DNA of 33,000 bases from Botryllus schlosseri (lineage: Eukaryota). The notes below the pieces were generated by a model, which was not told the DNA's origin, did not search any database, and saw nothing but the letters and a program-made list of their open reading frames with translations. Position numbers and translations under genes: made by a program. Shown here piece by piece: positions 10,392 to 22,049 of the stretch (its first letter is position 1; each line of letters starts with the position of its first letter). Location of the stretch: contig CM119386.1 of assembly GCA_051294905.1 (NCBI GenBank), positions 11,935,001 through 11,968,000 of the forward strand, in the 5' to 3' direction.

Positions 10392-13300
10392 CTAAAAGTT
10401 TTGTAAATAATTTACGCTAATGCCTATAATAGGTATATCATCTCGTGACAATCCTCTCTAAGTAATCTTAGGGCAATGGTTGCCAAAGTACGGGCCGGTA
10501 CAAACGCATGTGTCGCGAAGGGTATAAATTTGAGTAACAGTCCTTTCAGAACATATATTAGACGAATTTCTTGAAAACAAACATTCAAAAAAATACTTCG
10601 AGCGTTGAGCGATCTCTTGTCTAGATACTCTGTACATTTCCAAATGCACCATGTTGGGTACAAATTAGGGCGGAGCATGGATCGGAGCCGGATTGGATAT
10701 CTAGCAGGATTTAATCATTTTTGGCCGAAACCGGATCAGTACTTTTTCCGATGCGGCCGGAGTCGGATCGGAGCCGGATCAGTACGTTTTACCAAGAATA
10801 TGCCAGCGTCACCGTCTTCCGCTATGGAATCAATAGTTAAAGTGAAATGTTCGTGGAAATAAACCACATACTAAGTCCAAGTTGGCATGATTACTTCAGA
10901 TAAAGGTTGGGCTTGATCTTTGAGTTTTTAATTTCCTGTTTCAATCAATATTCAATACCATCCTGTAACTATTATTTGAGTATTTTTGGATCGTATCACG
11001 GTCATTTCGAGAATCCGGTCTATAGGAGTCGAACCAGAGCTTTAAAAATAGGATCGGAGTAGGATCAGAGAATTTGTCGATCCGCTCCGCAAATTAATAA
11101 GTGTCACGCGTCGGCAAGTCGTTACGACAATGGGGCCTGATCATAAAAACTTTAACCACACGCATATTACACAAGTCGGTTTTACGATGGATGTGCATGT
11201 AAGACTTGACAATTGGTTTCTCTAGAAAAACTTTAGTTTACTCTGGATAAACTCCCGACATCACAGTTACTTTTGCCAATTTGCCTGTCATCGGTTACCG
11301 AGACAGCACGTATATGATGCCTCAGAACATAAAACACATAAAATACGGATCAGAATCATGTCCACCTTTCGCATGCAAGGTCGCTCAATGTTGTTCAATG
11401 TATGATTTTGTAGAATCATGGAACGAGAAAATTTTTCAACATCAATCACCCTGAATCAATGACTAATTTTGTGGTGAATCATATTTTATTCAACAGGTAG
11501 TCTGCACTGTCCCTATATCATTAATGTCCTTGAAAACATAGCATACTATAGTATGTAATTATGTGGACGTATGAGGCTTGGGTCGCGAGACGTCAATAAA
11601 GCTAAAATTTGAGATGCGTTGTGTACAGTTAGGAAACCTTTGACATTACGGTAGTAGATCAACACTCCGTTTAATTGCCAGTCTTCTGCTTTTTCGAAAT
11701 TCCTACTTTCAAGCTCACCCGTAGCTGACTCGTAACACAGTATCCATAATAAACTGCGCTTCACTGCACTATACGGCAGCATTTACAAGAATCCAAACAT
11801 CATGCAACAGGCACGTTAGAATTGCGTTATTTACACTCAACTTATCAATTTGCTCTCACCCGCAGTTCGGTGAGATTGTAATCTCCCACTCCAATAGCGA
11901 ATGTAACGATGCCGTTTGACCTAACGTAGTGGGCGGTTGTTTCGAGTTCATCGTTGTCAGTCGCCCTATACGCAAAGAAAGCACGTCACTAGTTTCAGAG
12001 TTGTTTTAGCTTTTGGCAAATGTTTGCCTGCAATAAAACTCTTGCATGTTGCGAGTCTATAGTTTCGTAATATCACATATCACTCCATCGTATTTTATTA
12101 TTTGTTTACAGCACTGTCTACTCATATGTTGCATTCGGAAAATACGACTGTCTGCTGGAATATATGTGTGATTCGATTATTTTTGATTTCCACTATATCG
12201 TTACGTTTTTATTTCGCCGACAGTTGCCGAGCACCTATCCACATTCAAGTCAAAATGCAAGCATTCCAACATGCATTCCAACGTTCCAGTGTTCTAACAA
12301 ACACTTTACTGAATGAATATACGAGTCTGCGCCCGAGATTGCCGGGCAATGATCTCGCATATCTATTCACCAACCGACACATGCCTCCTCCGGCACGAAC
12401 AAGAGCGAATGCAACCAAGAATTCCGCGCTGGTTCAGACGAATATTTTGGAATAGTAACTGACAATTTGCGATCCAACTTGATACACGTCAGAATTCAGG
12501 TATCCGTTGCAGTGTATATATGTAGCTCAGAATAAGCTTACCTTCCATCGGTTAGAAGAATCATAATCCGTTTAGTCTGTCGATTGTGCCACCTAGGAGA
12601 GGCTTGGAACTCTAACATTGTCTTATTCATAGCATGTGCGGTGTACGTAGTATATCCGTGAAGTGTAATGTCGGAGATGGCATTCTATAAAATCAGGAAT
12701 TCGTTTATCGAGTAATTGGAACTTATCGATCCAATTATATTACCGAAAGCTCTTGCTTCGTCTTATATTCTCCGACCTTGATTTCTGTCGTCATGTACGT
12801 TTGCCAAGCCCAGCTGCGCAATAAATGTCGCACTCTAAGTAAGTCTATAACCAGATCCACACACCCACACGAAAGCGTGGTAAAGCTCACACGAGACCGG
12901 GTTTGTTACTAAACGAAATTTAGAATGGAAATATACCTATTATATAAATGGTATTGTGAATGTATGAATACAGATTTGATTGAAATAATTCGTATGGGGT
13001 ACATCACAATGCACAATGCACATGCACAATCGCATACGAATAGCATATTTTATTCGAGTTATTGAGAGACTTGTTTTCGGATACTGGAGATATACGCCCC
13101 CGGCCCCAATAGTACGATTTTATCGAGTAGAATTATACTTTTGAAGTCTTGAAACCCTCCCAGCATCTCAAACCTGCAGTATGTTATGGAAGTGACATAT
13201 CTGTAAAATAGTGATTCAGCCACAGCATTCTATTGGGTTCTTGAAGTAATCCAAACAGCTATGACGTCATAACGAATAGTACTTGAATACTCGACACGAA

Positions 13301-16300
13301 GCCTAGTACACAGCCTAGTCAGCCTAGTTATGATGTTGCAGCGACCTTATGCCATTTTAGCGTTTGATTAAATGCATCATATACTCCAACTCAGGATTTC
13401 CTTACTCCGTTATATTTGGAAACCAGTGTGAGAACTGAATCACGCCAATTTGTGCAGTCCCGTTCTCAACATCAAATTCGTTCGCCATGCTAGAGGTCCA
13501 GCTTTTCACGGTGTGGAAGTTTCCTTTGACCGTTCCGGAACCGTCCAATACGAATATAATGTCCATGAAACGAATCGGACACTCTTAACAGAAATCTTTC
13601 TATTGTTATCGTAAAGCCAACAGGAACCAGAATTGAAATTTTCCGGTATAAATTCAAGTACATGCGACTTCAAGAAAATCAAAAAAAAAAACTGTAGTGT
13701 TCCAAGCAGGACAGAAATCTTCAGATAAATATGCGGCTTGCAATGTTTGTCAGTTCCAACGCTCTGTCTTTTCAGATGCAAATATCTCATCGGTCATCAG
13801 GATTGTTTACAATAATTAGGAGACCGATAAAACGCCCCTACAGATACTATGTATATTATATGCGGGATAATCGTCTTTCAACCCATACGGCCCGCGGCCA
13901 AGGTGCAATGCCGAATAAGTATGCTTGATTTTCCAGCACATTTGTATAGGAAGTTACATTTACTACTTGATACATCCAAGAACTAATCCCTCAAGACAGC
14001 ACACACGGAACGTGTTCATATGCCGCATTATAATCGTCTGGTCGCAATGTTGCGTTTGCACTCTAATCACCATCAGTGTCTTTCAAAACGTCATCGGCGG
14101 ATTAGAACTGAGAACCATGCACTGTTTGAGTCGGGATATCTAGAAGTTCAAGATATCCCTGGTTTGAGTGCATGGTTTATAACTGTATTCAATCGACCAA
14201 TCATTGTATATTACATTGCACATCAAGGTTGTTGCAGGAATAACGCCCTAATGAGTATCATTAGTCGGTGCTTATGCCGCAAAAATATATGAAGTCATAA
14301 TCCAATTCCTAATGATCCTCTATTTTATATATTATATATTTTCGTATAGCGCTGGTCTGGATTAGGGTTCGAGCTACATATAATAGTTCCTTCTTCAACG
14401 TTGTGCTATCAAACAAAAATTATTATCAGCGTACCTGGTTTCGGTTGATCACGGAACTCCCTCCAAGTTCTCCCGCTGTCCGTACTTTCGTAGCAGAAAC
14501 CGGGGGTCGAAACTGTCTCGATGCAATTGTCAACTTTTGCTGGAGAACACGCCTTAGTGTCGGAAAACAGGAGTATATTAGGACGCAACTAATACTCAGA
14601 ACTCTTCCTCAGAACGATCACCAATATCTAAGCAGTACCCATCGTATACACTGATTCATGATATACATACACGTGATCAGTACATACTGCATATGCATAT
14701 CATGAGTGAATGGCTTTCTAAAATGCCGGGTGTCAATATCGCAAGGCGTTCGATAGTTGGTGTTTGATTTGTTCATTACGGCGATCGATATCTACACGTA
14801 GATTGCGAAAACCATTCGGAAGATACAGTGACAATAGGGACTATAGGTTCATTGGGGTTTGGCGGCAGTGTCGACATTGTCTCTCTCTATTTTTTGATCT
14901 GCGTTAAATAGTGAGCACCATTCTTGTCTATAGTATATATGTGAATTTGAACACGCGAATTAAAACGACAATTGTGCACTCCTCGATAAATAAATTGTCC
15001 ATCCTATGTCCCGAGGAGTAGATAGATTTTGCATATACTACCTACCATCATTTCATTCCCTTTGCTATCAGCGGACAATCCGAATGAATCACCAGCTTCC
15101 ACGCCGGGGACTTTCAATATCGAACACGATTCAGGCTGCTCAGGCATGTGGTCAAAGTGAATAAGGCAACTCTCGATTCCGCCTTGAGATAAATTATATA
15201 GAGAATACTTTACGTGATTTTGGAAATATAGATTTCATGATTGATACCTTCTGGTACCTCGTAACTTTCACTGTAATTTGCTTGCAGATTGGGTACTGTC
15301 GTATTAGAGATTTTGGGCGCTGACACCAATATCCTGTAAAAGCGTATATGCTATAAAGCAGGGGTTCTCAACCTGGGGGGCGCGCCCCCCTTGGGGGGGG
15401 CGTGTAACATCTGAGGGGGGGGGGCGTGAAGAAGCGGTCACCTGAAAAAATTTTTCGCGCTCGGCGCGATTTACCTCCAATGCAGGGGTGTTTCTCTCTA
15501 TATAGACCCAATTTCATATTTTTTATTCTCTCATCAATATTCATAACCAAGCACACCATCAAACAATCTGTTGCGGTTGCTAGCATCCCAGTTGGATTTT
15601 GTGATATAACGATAAGGGGGGCGCGAAATTATTCACTATCAAAAAGGGGGGCGTGTCAAAAAAAGGTTGAGAACCACTGCTATAAAGGCTACTAGCTAAT
15701 TTTACTACGACCGGTAGTCTATGACGTGAACCTGAACAGCACCCTGCTATTTGGCAAAGTCTGGAGGGGCGCGGAATTTCCAACAGTTACAGAAAACGCT
15801 TGTTTTCCTGGGATACCGGAATGGCGAAAGAAAAGGATATTAGTATAATCTCTACATGGGCGGTCGCTTTATAGTCATCCGCTTAGTAATAACTTTCAAC
15901 TACCGTTCCGCGCGCCAACGGTTAATACTCGAAGTTGGTTTAGTGACTCAGCCTGTGCGCAAACAGTACGAGTAGAAGGAAGTTACCATAGCCAAGTATT
16001 TTTATAAACATTAAAACAATAATTGTCTTATTACCGACCCACACATGTGGCTAATCACCACCCGACGCCAGCTATAGACAGGGTATAAATTAGGGATGAT
16101 GTGAACGTGAGATTTACGTTCGCGTTCTGTGTGTGAACCTCAGAAATTTAGAAGTTCACGTTGACAAACGAACATTGGTAGGTTCTGGACTGTAAACCTT
16201 TTTCATATATTACAATTTTCGCTTCATTATAACATCTTTGGGTGAAATATATTGCATTTCAACTGTGGGTCACTATATGCATGGCGCTGACAGCATAAAA

Positions 16301-17351
16301 AATCATCACTTAAATGAGCATGCACTTTGACAATTTCATAAACTTTACTTGCTTTGTTACAAAAGTTTGGACTCTCTGCTGTGAGCTTGACCCGCAATCA
16401 CACAACACCAATAGCGAAATACACTACACGTATAGGTTGTCAGCGAACGAGGCATATTCAACCAATCAATGATGTTAATACTGTTGGCTGATGTAACAAA
16501 AAATCTAGCAGGCGCCAGGCGTACGGGGTCAATCTTGATTTCATATTTTTGTTGTATCATAAAAACCAAATACGTACGATTGGGGTGTTGGCTACTGCTG
16601 TATAACTTGGTAATGGGGTAATATCGGTAGCAAGTATAGAAACCCGTTTACACTCTGCTCAATATCAACGTAGCAATACTCAGACGCCGAATATATTTTC
16701 ATGTCTGGCCTAGACCGTTGAGGCGTAAGTCCTCGTCGAAATTGTTGGCAAATCGACGGAAAACATTGATTTTATGGGATTATTATATCATTTGATTGAA
16801 CCAGTTTCTACATTTAGCGACGTTTATAACGTGGATATGTACTTTAGCTTTATGCCATGATGTGGCCTGAGTCGTCGCTAGATGTCGTGTTCACTGTTCA
16901 TTCTTTTAGGGCTGTAGTCTATCACTTCAGTAAGATATGGGGTTGAAATTGACGAAATGACGTCATGAGGTTCACGTTGGCGTTCTCACAGAACCTTTCA
17001 AACAGGTTCGCGTTCATACGAACCTGAACCTTTCAGAGGTTCACATTATCCCTAGTAAATGATATCATTCTTCATATCGCTTCGCGGATTACCCATATAC
17101 CTCGGAGGCATCTCTGTCGAAATCCTCAAGTTGTATCCGTAGAAAGAAGGCGCAATAGAATCGGGAAGTACGTTCCCCGCGATTGACTTTATTGTAGGAG
17201 AGGTTAACGTTTTAAACGTGTGGCGCTTGTATCCGATGTTGAAGCATAGTGCTACGTGTCCATAGTGTAGAATACAGATATGCAGAAGTAGAATACTACG
17301 CATAAACGCCATTCGATTGTTTAGCGGACGATTTTCATGTTTCCTAATCAT
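10274..17351 (-). CDS. Integrin alpha subunit with I domain, N-terminal unit B (9 coding exons, 389 codons from ATG 17312); no C-terminal exons before unit A
   Basis: Exons: 17312 (or 17351)-17101, 15333-15248, 15182-15046, 14552-14435, 13583-13406, 12813-12744, 12684-12542, 11965-11860, 10391-10274. All introns are GT-AG, phases are the same as unit A and there are no stops. Exons 4, 7, 8 and 9 have the same lengths as in A (118, 143, 106, 118 nt). Confidence 0.93.
10666..11090. mobile_element. Non-autonomous TIR element with GGATCGG/CCGGATC subterminal arrays
   Basis: Ends tagggcggagcatggatcg ... cgatccgctccgc (imperfect inverted repeat); repeated ggatcggagccggat motifs; lies in the last intron of unit B. 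Confidence 0.65.
11860..11965 (-). CDS. Unit B coding exon 8
   Basis: ATDNDELETTAHYVRSNGIVTFAIGVGDYNLTELR; 106 nt. Confidence 0.95.
12542..12684 (-). CDS. Unit B coding exon 7
   Basis: NAISDITLHGYTTYTAHAMNKTMLEFQASPRWHNRQTKRIMILLTDG; 143 nt. Confidence 0.95.
12744..12813 (-). CDS. Unit B coding exon 6
   Basis: WAWQTYMTTEIKVGEYKTKQELS; 70 nt. The acceptor (gcgcag|) is the nearest in-phase AG. Confidence 0.82.
13406..13583 (-). CDS. Unit B coding exon 5 (I-domain start, MIDAS variant DGSGT)
   Basis: ECPIRFMDIIFVLDGSGTVKGNFHTVKSWTSSMANEFDVENGTAQIGVIQFSHWFPNIT; donor ga|gtaagg; 178 nt. Confidence 0.95.
14435..14552 (-). CDS. Unit B coding exon 4
   Basis: ACSPAKVDNCIETVSTPGFCYESTDSGRTWREFRDQPKP; 118 nt. 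Confidence 0.92.
15046..15182 (-). CDS. Unit B coding exon 3
   Basis: GIESCLIHFDHMPEQPESCSILKVPGVEAGDSFGLSADSKGNEMM; 137 nt. Confidence 0.9.
15248..15333 (-). CDS. Unit B coding exon 2
   Basis: ILVSAPKISNTTVPNLQANYSESYEVPE(G); 86 nt. Confidence 0.88.
15359..15679. mobile_element. hAT-type MITE family A, copy 1
   Basis: TIR caggggttctcaacct / aggttgagaaccactg; perfect 8-bp TSD ctataaag. Confidence 0.92.
16091..17054. mobile_element. Non-autonomous TIR element with GTTCAC/GAACC subterminal arrays (intron 1 of unit B)
   Basis: TIR tagggatgatgtgaac / gttcacattatcccta (15/16); flanks gtataaat / gtaaat. Confidence 0.8.
17101..17351 (-). CDS. Unit B coding exon 1: signal peptide and start of blade 1
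   Basis: (MIRKHENRPLNNR)MAFMRSILLLHICILHYGHVALC-FNIGYKR..PSFYGYNLRISTEMPP; donor ag|gtatat, phase 2. Confidence 0.88.
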
Positions 17352-18157
17352 CTGCTACTGAAAACAATGAGCATACGATAGGTGTCGATGCATATATTAC
17401 ATAATAAGATATGATCTCGTGTTTGAAATATTCCAAAAATCGATTCAAGCTCGTGCGATCCAAGTCGAAGGACTATGTGCATCGGATACATTTTTCTGTT
17501 GGTACTAAGCAAATGCCTCAGACCTGTTGGCAGGTATTCATCTCGCATATACATTTCTTATGTTTGCCAACCTTCATATTGTGAACTATTTCCTCTATGT
17601 AGTGACGAAAGGATAATACATCACTCCGATGAACACGAAAACACTGTATAAATACTTATCACAAAGCACGCAAAGTCAAAATTCGTTATGCCCAACACCG
17701 CTTTCCGAAACTGAATGTGTTGATCTCGGGCGTTGTTGATCTAGTCTGCGTAGTTATTGCATCACTGTAAAAATGCATCTTCAGTTGAGGTGATGAGCAT
17801 AGTTTCGACGCCGCTACCGGATGCGTAAAGAGTTAAAACAGAAAAGTCATGCCATGACCGAAGCGATACTTCCTTCACTGATAGGCTACATCTAAAACCT
17901 TATGGCGGGACTGCATCGTGTCGTGTGGACAAATGCTTGCCCCATGCTGTTATTTCATTTCACTGATTCCAAATAATGTTATCGAAATCTCCAAAACTCA
18001 TTGCATCGTATCATATCGTGGAATAAGGATAGCACATGCTGGATGTCCATGATTTGTACTACTACTATGATTTGCTTGGGCGAGTGCTTGTCAGTACCAA
18101 ATTTTGGAATCAACTCAATAATCTAATCACATATCACCAGTACCGTAACACGCTGTG

Positions 18158-20586
18158 CGGTGGTTCTCAACCGGCGTGAACCGATTACCGTGAACCGATT
18201 AGGAGCTTATTTTATATGTTTAAAACCCGGTGTCGCTGTGGTTCGTGATTGGAGAGACACTCTCAACTCATGAATCTGCGTGATAACATACTATTCGTCA
18301 AGGGGCGCCGGAATAAGGTCGGCATCAACAATGATGCGACACAATAGACAGTGAATTGTTATGCTGGTCCATGATTATCCGGAAACACGGCGATTTTCGT
18401 AACGCACTGCGATTGTGGAAGCTTAGGCCGCCTATGACTCAGAGGTGGTCAACGTCAAGAAGCTACTCAAGCAGAAGTAGAAGTAGCAACTAGAAAAATC
18501 TACTCAAGTGCGAGTAGAAGTACTTCTTCCATAAGCCACTTAAAACTACTTGAAGTAGAAGTAGAATTGTCTGGTTTTAAATCTACTCAAGTAAATAAGT
18601 AGTTCTGAAAACAATCTTAATGAGTTCGCATCGACGGTATGAAGCTGCGAATTGAGTTATGCGGAAGGTGCAGAGAGCTTGATTCGTATTCGTGCATCCC
18701 AGGAGGTTTCAATTTTCGAGAGAATAAGCATTCTTTCGCATCGTGGGATGCAAATTATAGTACTGATATGAAAATGCGATACTAAGCCTTGGTTTACTAG
18801 AAGACCACGTTTTAGAGAATATCATGGCATGGCTTCCTACCCCATATTATAAGGCCCCAAGTTCATGCGAAGGGCAATACGTAGAAGTTGTATCGGATGC
18901 GGTTTCATCACTGCGCGATTAGTATACGTTAATAACAAATATTGCGATCGTAAAAGTTATATTTAGTGTAACTTTATTTTCGGAAAATAAAGGCCTTACT
19001 AAACTTGCTTTCATGCTTCAACATGTATGTTCTGCACACAAAAGAACTGAAAGTAATTAGCACTCAAAGTATGATACTCAGGATTGGAAGTGAAATACAA
19101 ATAGCACTGCTAAAAAGTGGAGAAATATATTTAGTGTATAGTAATGCCTACCGTTTCAAAGGTTATGGTGGGCTATATTTACTGTGATGAAATGTTTGAT
19201 ATGGGCGACAATGCGGTGTGAGCGGAACCAAGCCATCCGGTACCTAAAGTATATTCACTGATACTTTTGTGAAAACATATTCGTCACTCCATAACTACTG
19301 TGCGCGAAGCGCAACAAAATTACTGGAATTTATTTGATTTTTATGAATATTAAATGTTGGTACTCCGTGAAAACAGCCCCGACATTCCTCAGGCTATCTT
19401 TCGTATTGGGGGATCAAACTACTTCTACTTGGCAAACCATGAATAGCGAAAAGTAAATAATTTGATCACAAATTATTACGAAGTAGAAGTAGAAGTAGAG
19501 AAAATCAAATCTACTTGAGTAAGTTCCAGAAGTAAAGGAAAACTACTAAAGTACTTCCAAAAAGTAGAAGTACTTCGGTATTGTTCACCTTTGTGTATAA
19601 AATGATATTGTCATTTCCTAAATATGAGCGACGCGACAGCATCTTCAAATAATACTGGCTTGAATATATTTTCAGTTCGGGTGACAGGCTTGTCGTAACA
19701 AACCTCAATGTGAATGTGGAGTTGTTCCTGTAATTACTCGACGGGGAAAGTTACTGTACGTCACTGCTCTGTCAATGCAATTCCTGATCCATAAGCTATA
19801 TGAATGATCGTACAGTACATTGACTATAAACTGTGGAAAATCAAGGTATATAAAGTTATCTGCGTTGTTGGCGATATGTAAAAATATTGCGACAGGCACC
19901 CACCATCAAAGCTGTTTATTATGATTTGTGTATTTAGAGGCGCAGCTCGACTTGTTGCTGTTCAATGTTGATTTGTTTCAATATCTAAATGCCTAACATT
20001 TACTTACTACAAGGAAAAATTTGCATATGCTATACGAGCAGATAGCCTCGCGACGTCGTATAAATCTGCCTGCCTGTCTACCTGTGCGCACTCAACATTA
20101 GTATTTAATGCATTATATCAAACAGGTCACACGGTAAACAGGCGCGGCCAACGTTATTGGTCAAAGGACTATGTGCGATTTTCTGCACCATTGCGCGCGC
20201 GGGTCACTTCAGTGTCGATGGGCGATGAGCGCAAGACTTATCATACTATACGCACGAAAATCTCTGACTCTTGTGTCATGAAAAAAGTGCCCAACTGTAC
20301 ATAAATATTCTAGCCACATGAGTCAAGAAAATATTTTGAATCAATTCGGTCAATAATACTGGTTCTTGCATATTCAAATTTTGATCTTTCGTTCCTTCGT
20401 TTGTCTGTATTGTTCTCTCTTTCTTCAACGACAACAACAATTTGACACAGTGCAGTAGTTTAGTAGCATATACAATAGTCAATAATATTATGTTAACTGA
20501 GTTTAAGGCAAACTTTCGGCAGGGGTCGGCAGAATTTATAATTTGTCGAAAAGGGTTCGGGACAGCAAAAAGGTTGGGAACCAGTG
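18158..20586 (+). mobile_element. Old hAT (Charlie/Buster-like) element remnant with a nested insertion
   Basis: Termini cggtggttctcaacc / ggttgggaaccagtg. Broken frames at 19650-19900 (YFQFG*..KPQCECGVV; KLYE*SY..CGK) resemble the BED-finger region of Charlie transposases. No TSD is visible. Confidence 0.45.
18440..19593. mobile_element. Non-autonomous TIR element with AGTAGAAGTAG/CTACTCAAGT arrays
   Basis: Ends cagaggtggtcaac / gttcacctttg (imperfect inverted repeat); motif arrays at both ends. Confidence 0.65.
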
Positions 20587-21466
20587 CTATAGATAAACCT
20601 TCTGCGCACTGAAGTAGTAATTCTGGAGTTGCACTATCAATCCATACCTGACAACTGGAAACGCTAAGATGCGATTGCTTGAAGAAGTATAGGCTACTAC
20701 CGCTGTTTTGTTGCTGCATTATAGATTTTGGCATATGCAAGCATTGCAATCCGACTCAGATCAGCTTGATTGAAGTTGCTTGTGGGTGGCTTCATGAGTG
20801 TTTGCCGACGATCAATGACCTCTGAGTTAGCCTCTAAGTCGCATGTAAGTGGGCAATACACTATCAACTAAAATTGAACTCATGACCTGCATTGAAATTG
20901 ATTGTGGGCGGCCGCACGGATGGCCGACGTCCAATGAGTGGATGACAGTATAGAAAAAAATTTGAACAAAAAAGAAGCGGACAATATAGGTGCAAATCTT
21001 ACAGGCGATTCAATGGAATGAAAATATCATCAACTTAATTTTGGAAGACAATCCAACGGTAATGAATGGGTGTATCAGGAAGCGTCTCGTCTGGATGTGT
21101 GTTATTATCATCTTCTTTATTCACAGCAAAACTGGTAAATACACACATAATCCGGGAAGCAACCTGCCCCCAAAGGAAAATGGCGAGATTGAAGTATTTT
21201 TTAAATTTTAGTAATACAGTCAAATTGCTATTCCTATGCAATACATGAAGAGGTCAGATTACAGAATTGCGGTAGATGAAGAATTGGGGTTACAAGAGGT
21301 TGCAGAGCAGAGGTAGAGATGATTGAAAATGAAGAATCGAAATTACAGAAATTATGCTATGATTCACGAGCACAAGTGTAATTTTAGTCCAGTGCAGTGC
21401 ATTCAAGGCCTTCCGAAGAATATGCACAGTAGGGTCATGACTTAGAAAAAAAAATACCCTGTAGTA

Positions 21467-21762
21467 CAGTGGTTCCCAACCCGGGGGGCGTGAAAGCTCG
21501 GACGGGGGGCACGAAGAAGCGGCCAACTGAAAAAAAATTTGCGCTTTGCGCGATTTACGTTCAATTCACGCGTGTTTCTCTACATATAAACCGAATTTCA
21601 TATTTTTTAATTCTCTCGTCAACAAATAACCTTCCACGCCATTAAAAAATCTGTTGTAGTTGCTAGCATCCCGGTTGGATTTTGTGATATGACGATAAGG
21701 GATGCGCGAAATTTTTCACTATCATAAAGGGGGCGTGTCTAAAAAAAGGTTGGGAACCACTG
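21467..21762. mobile_element. hAT-type MITE family A, copy 2
   Basis: TIR cagtggttcccaacc / ggttgggaaccactg; TSD ctgtagta / ctgtagca; internal sequence homologous to copies 1 and 3. Confidence 0.92.
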
Positions 21763-22049
21763 CTGTAGCAGGAATTAATGAACATTTTGGCATAAATTAT
21801 AAAAATTATAATTAGTTTGTTCAAATCGTAAAAAATGTCTCACACAAACTAACCTCAATTTTCGACATTTGTCCAAATATAGAAAAAATTTACAATTCAA
21901 AGATTATTCTTCGCTACTAATTTATTCTTCAAATATTTGTCCTTTTGCACTTCTGATAAAGTTCTTCTGTCAATTTGACTTCCCTTTCCGTAATTATGTT
22001 GGGACATCTACTACTGACCTATCCGACTTCCAATGGAGTTTTAAGGCAC

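Noticed and set aside
12102-12455. 117-aa plus-strand ORF, and the 157-aa ORF at 20276-20749
   Set aside because: No recognisable domain. The first is antisense within B intron 7 and the second largely overlaps a TE end.
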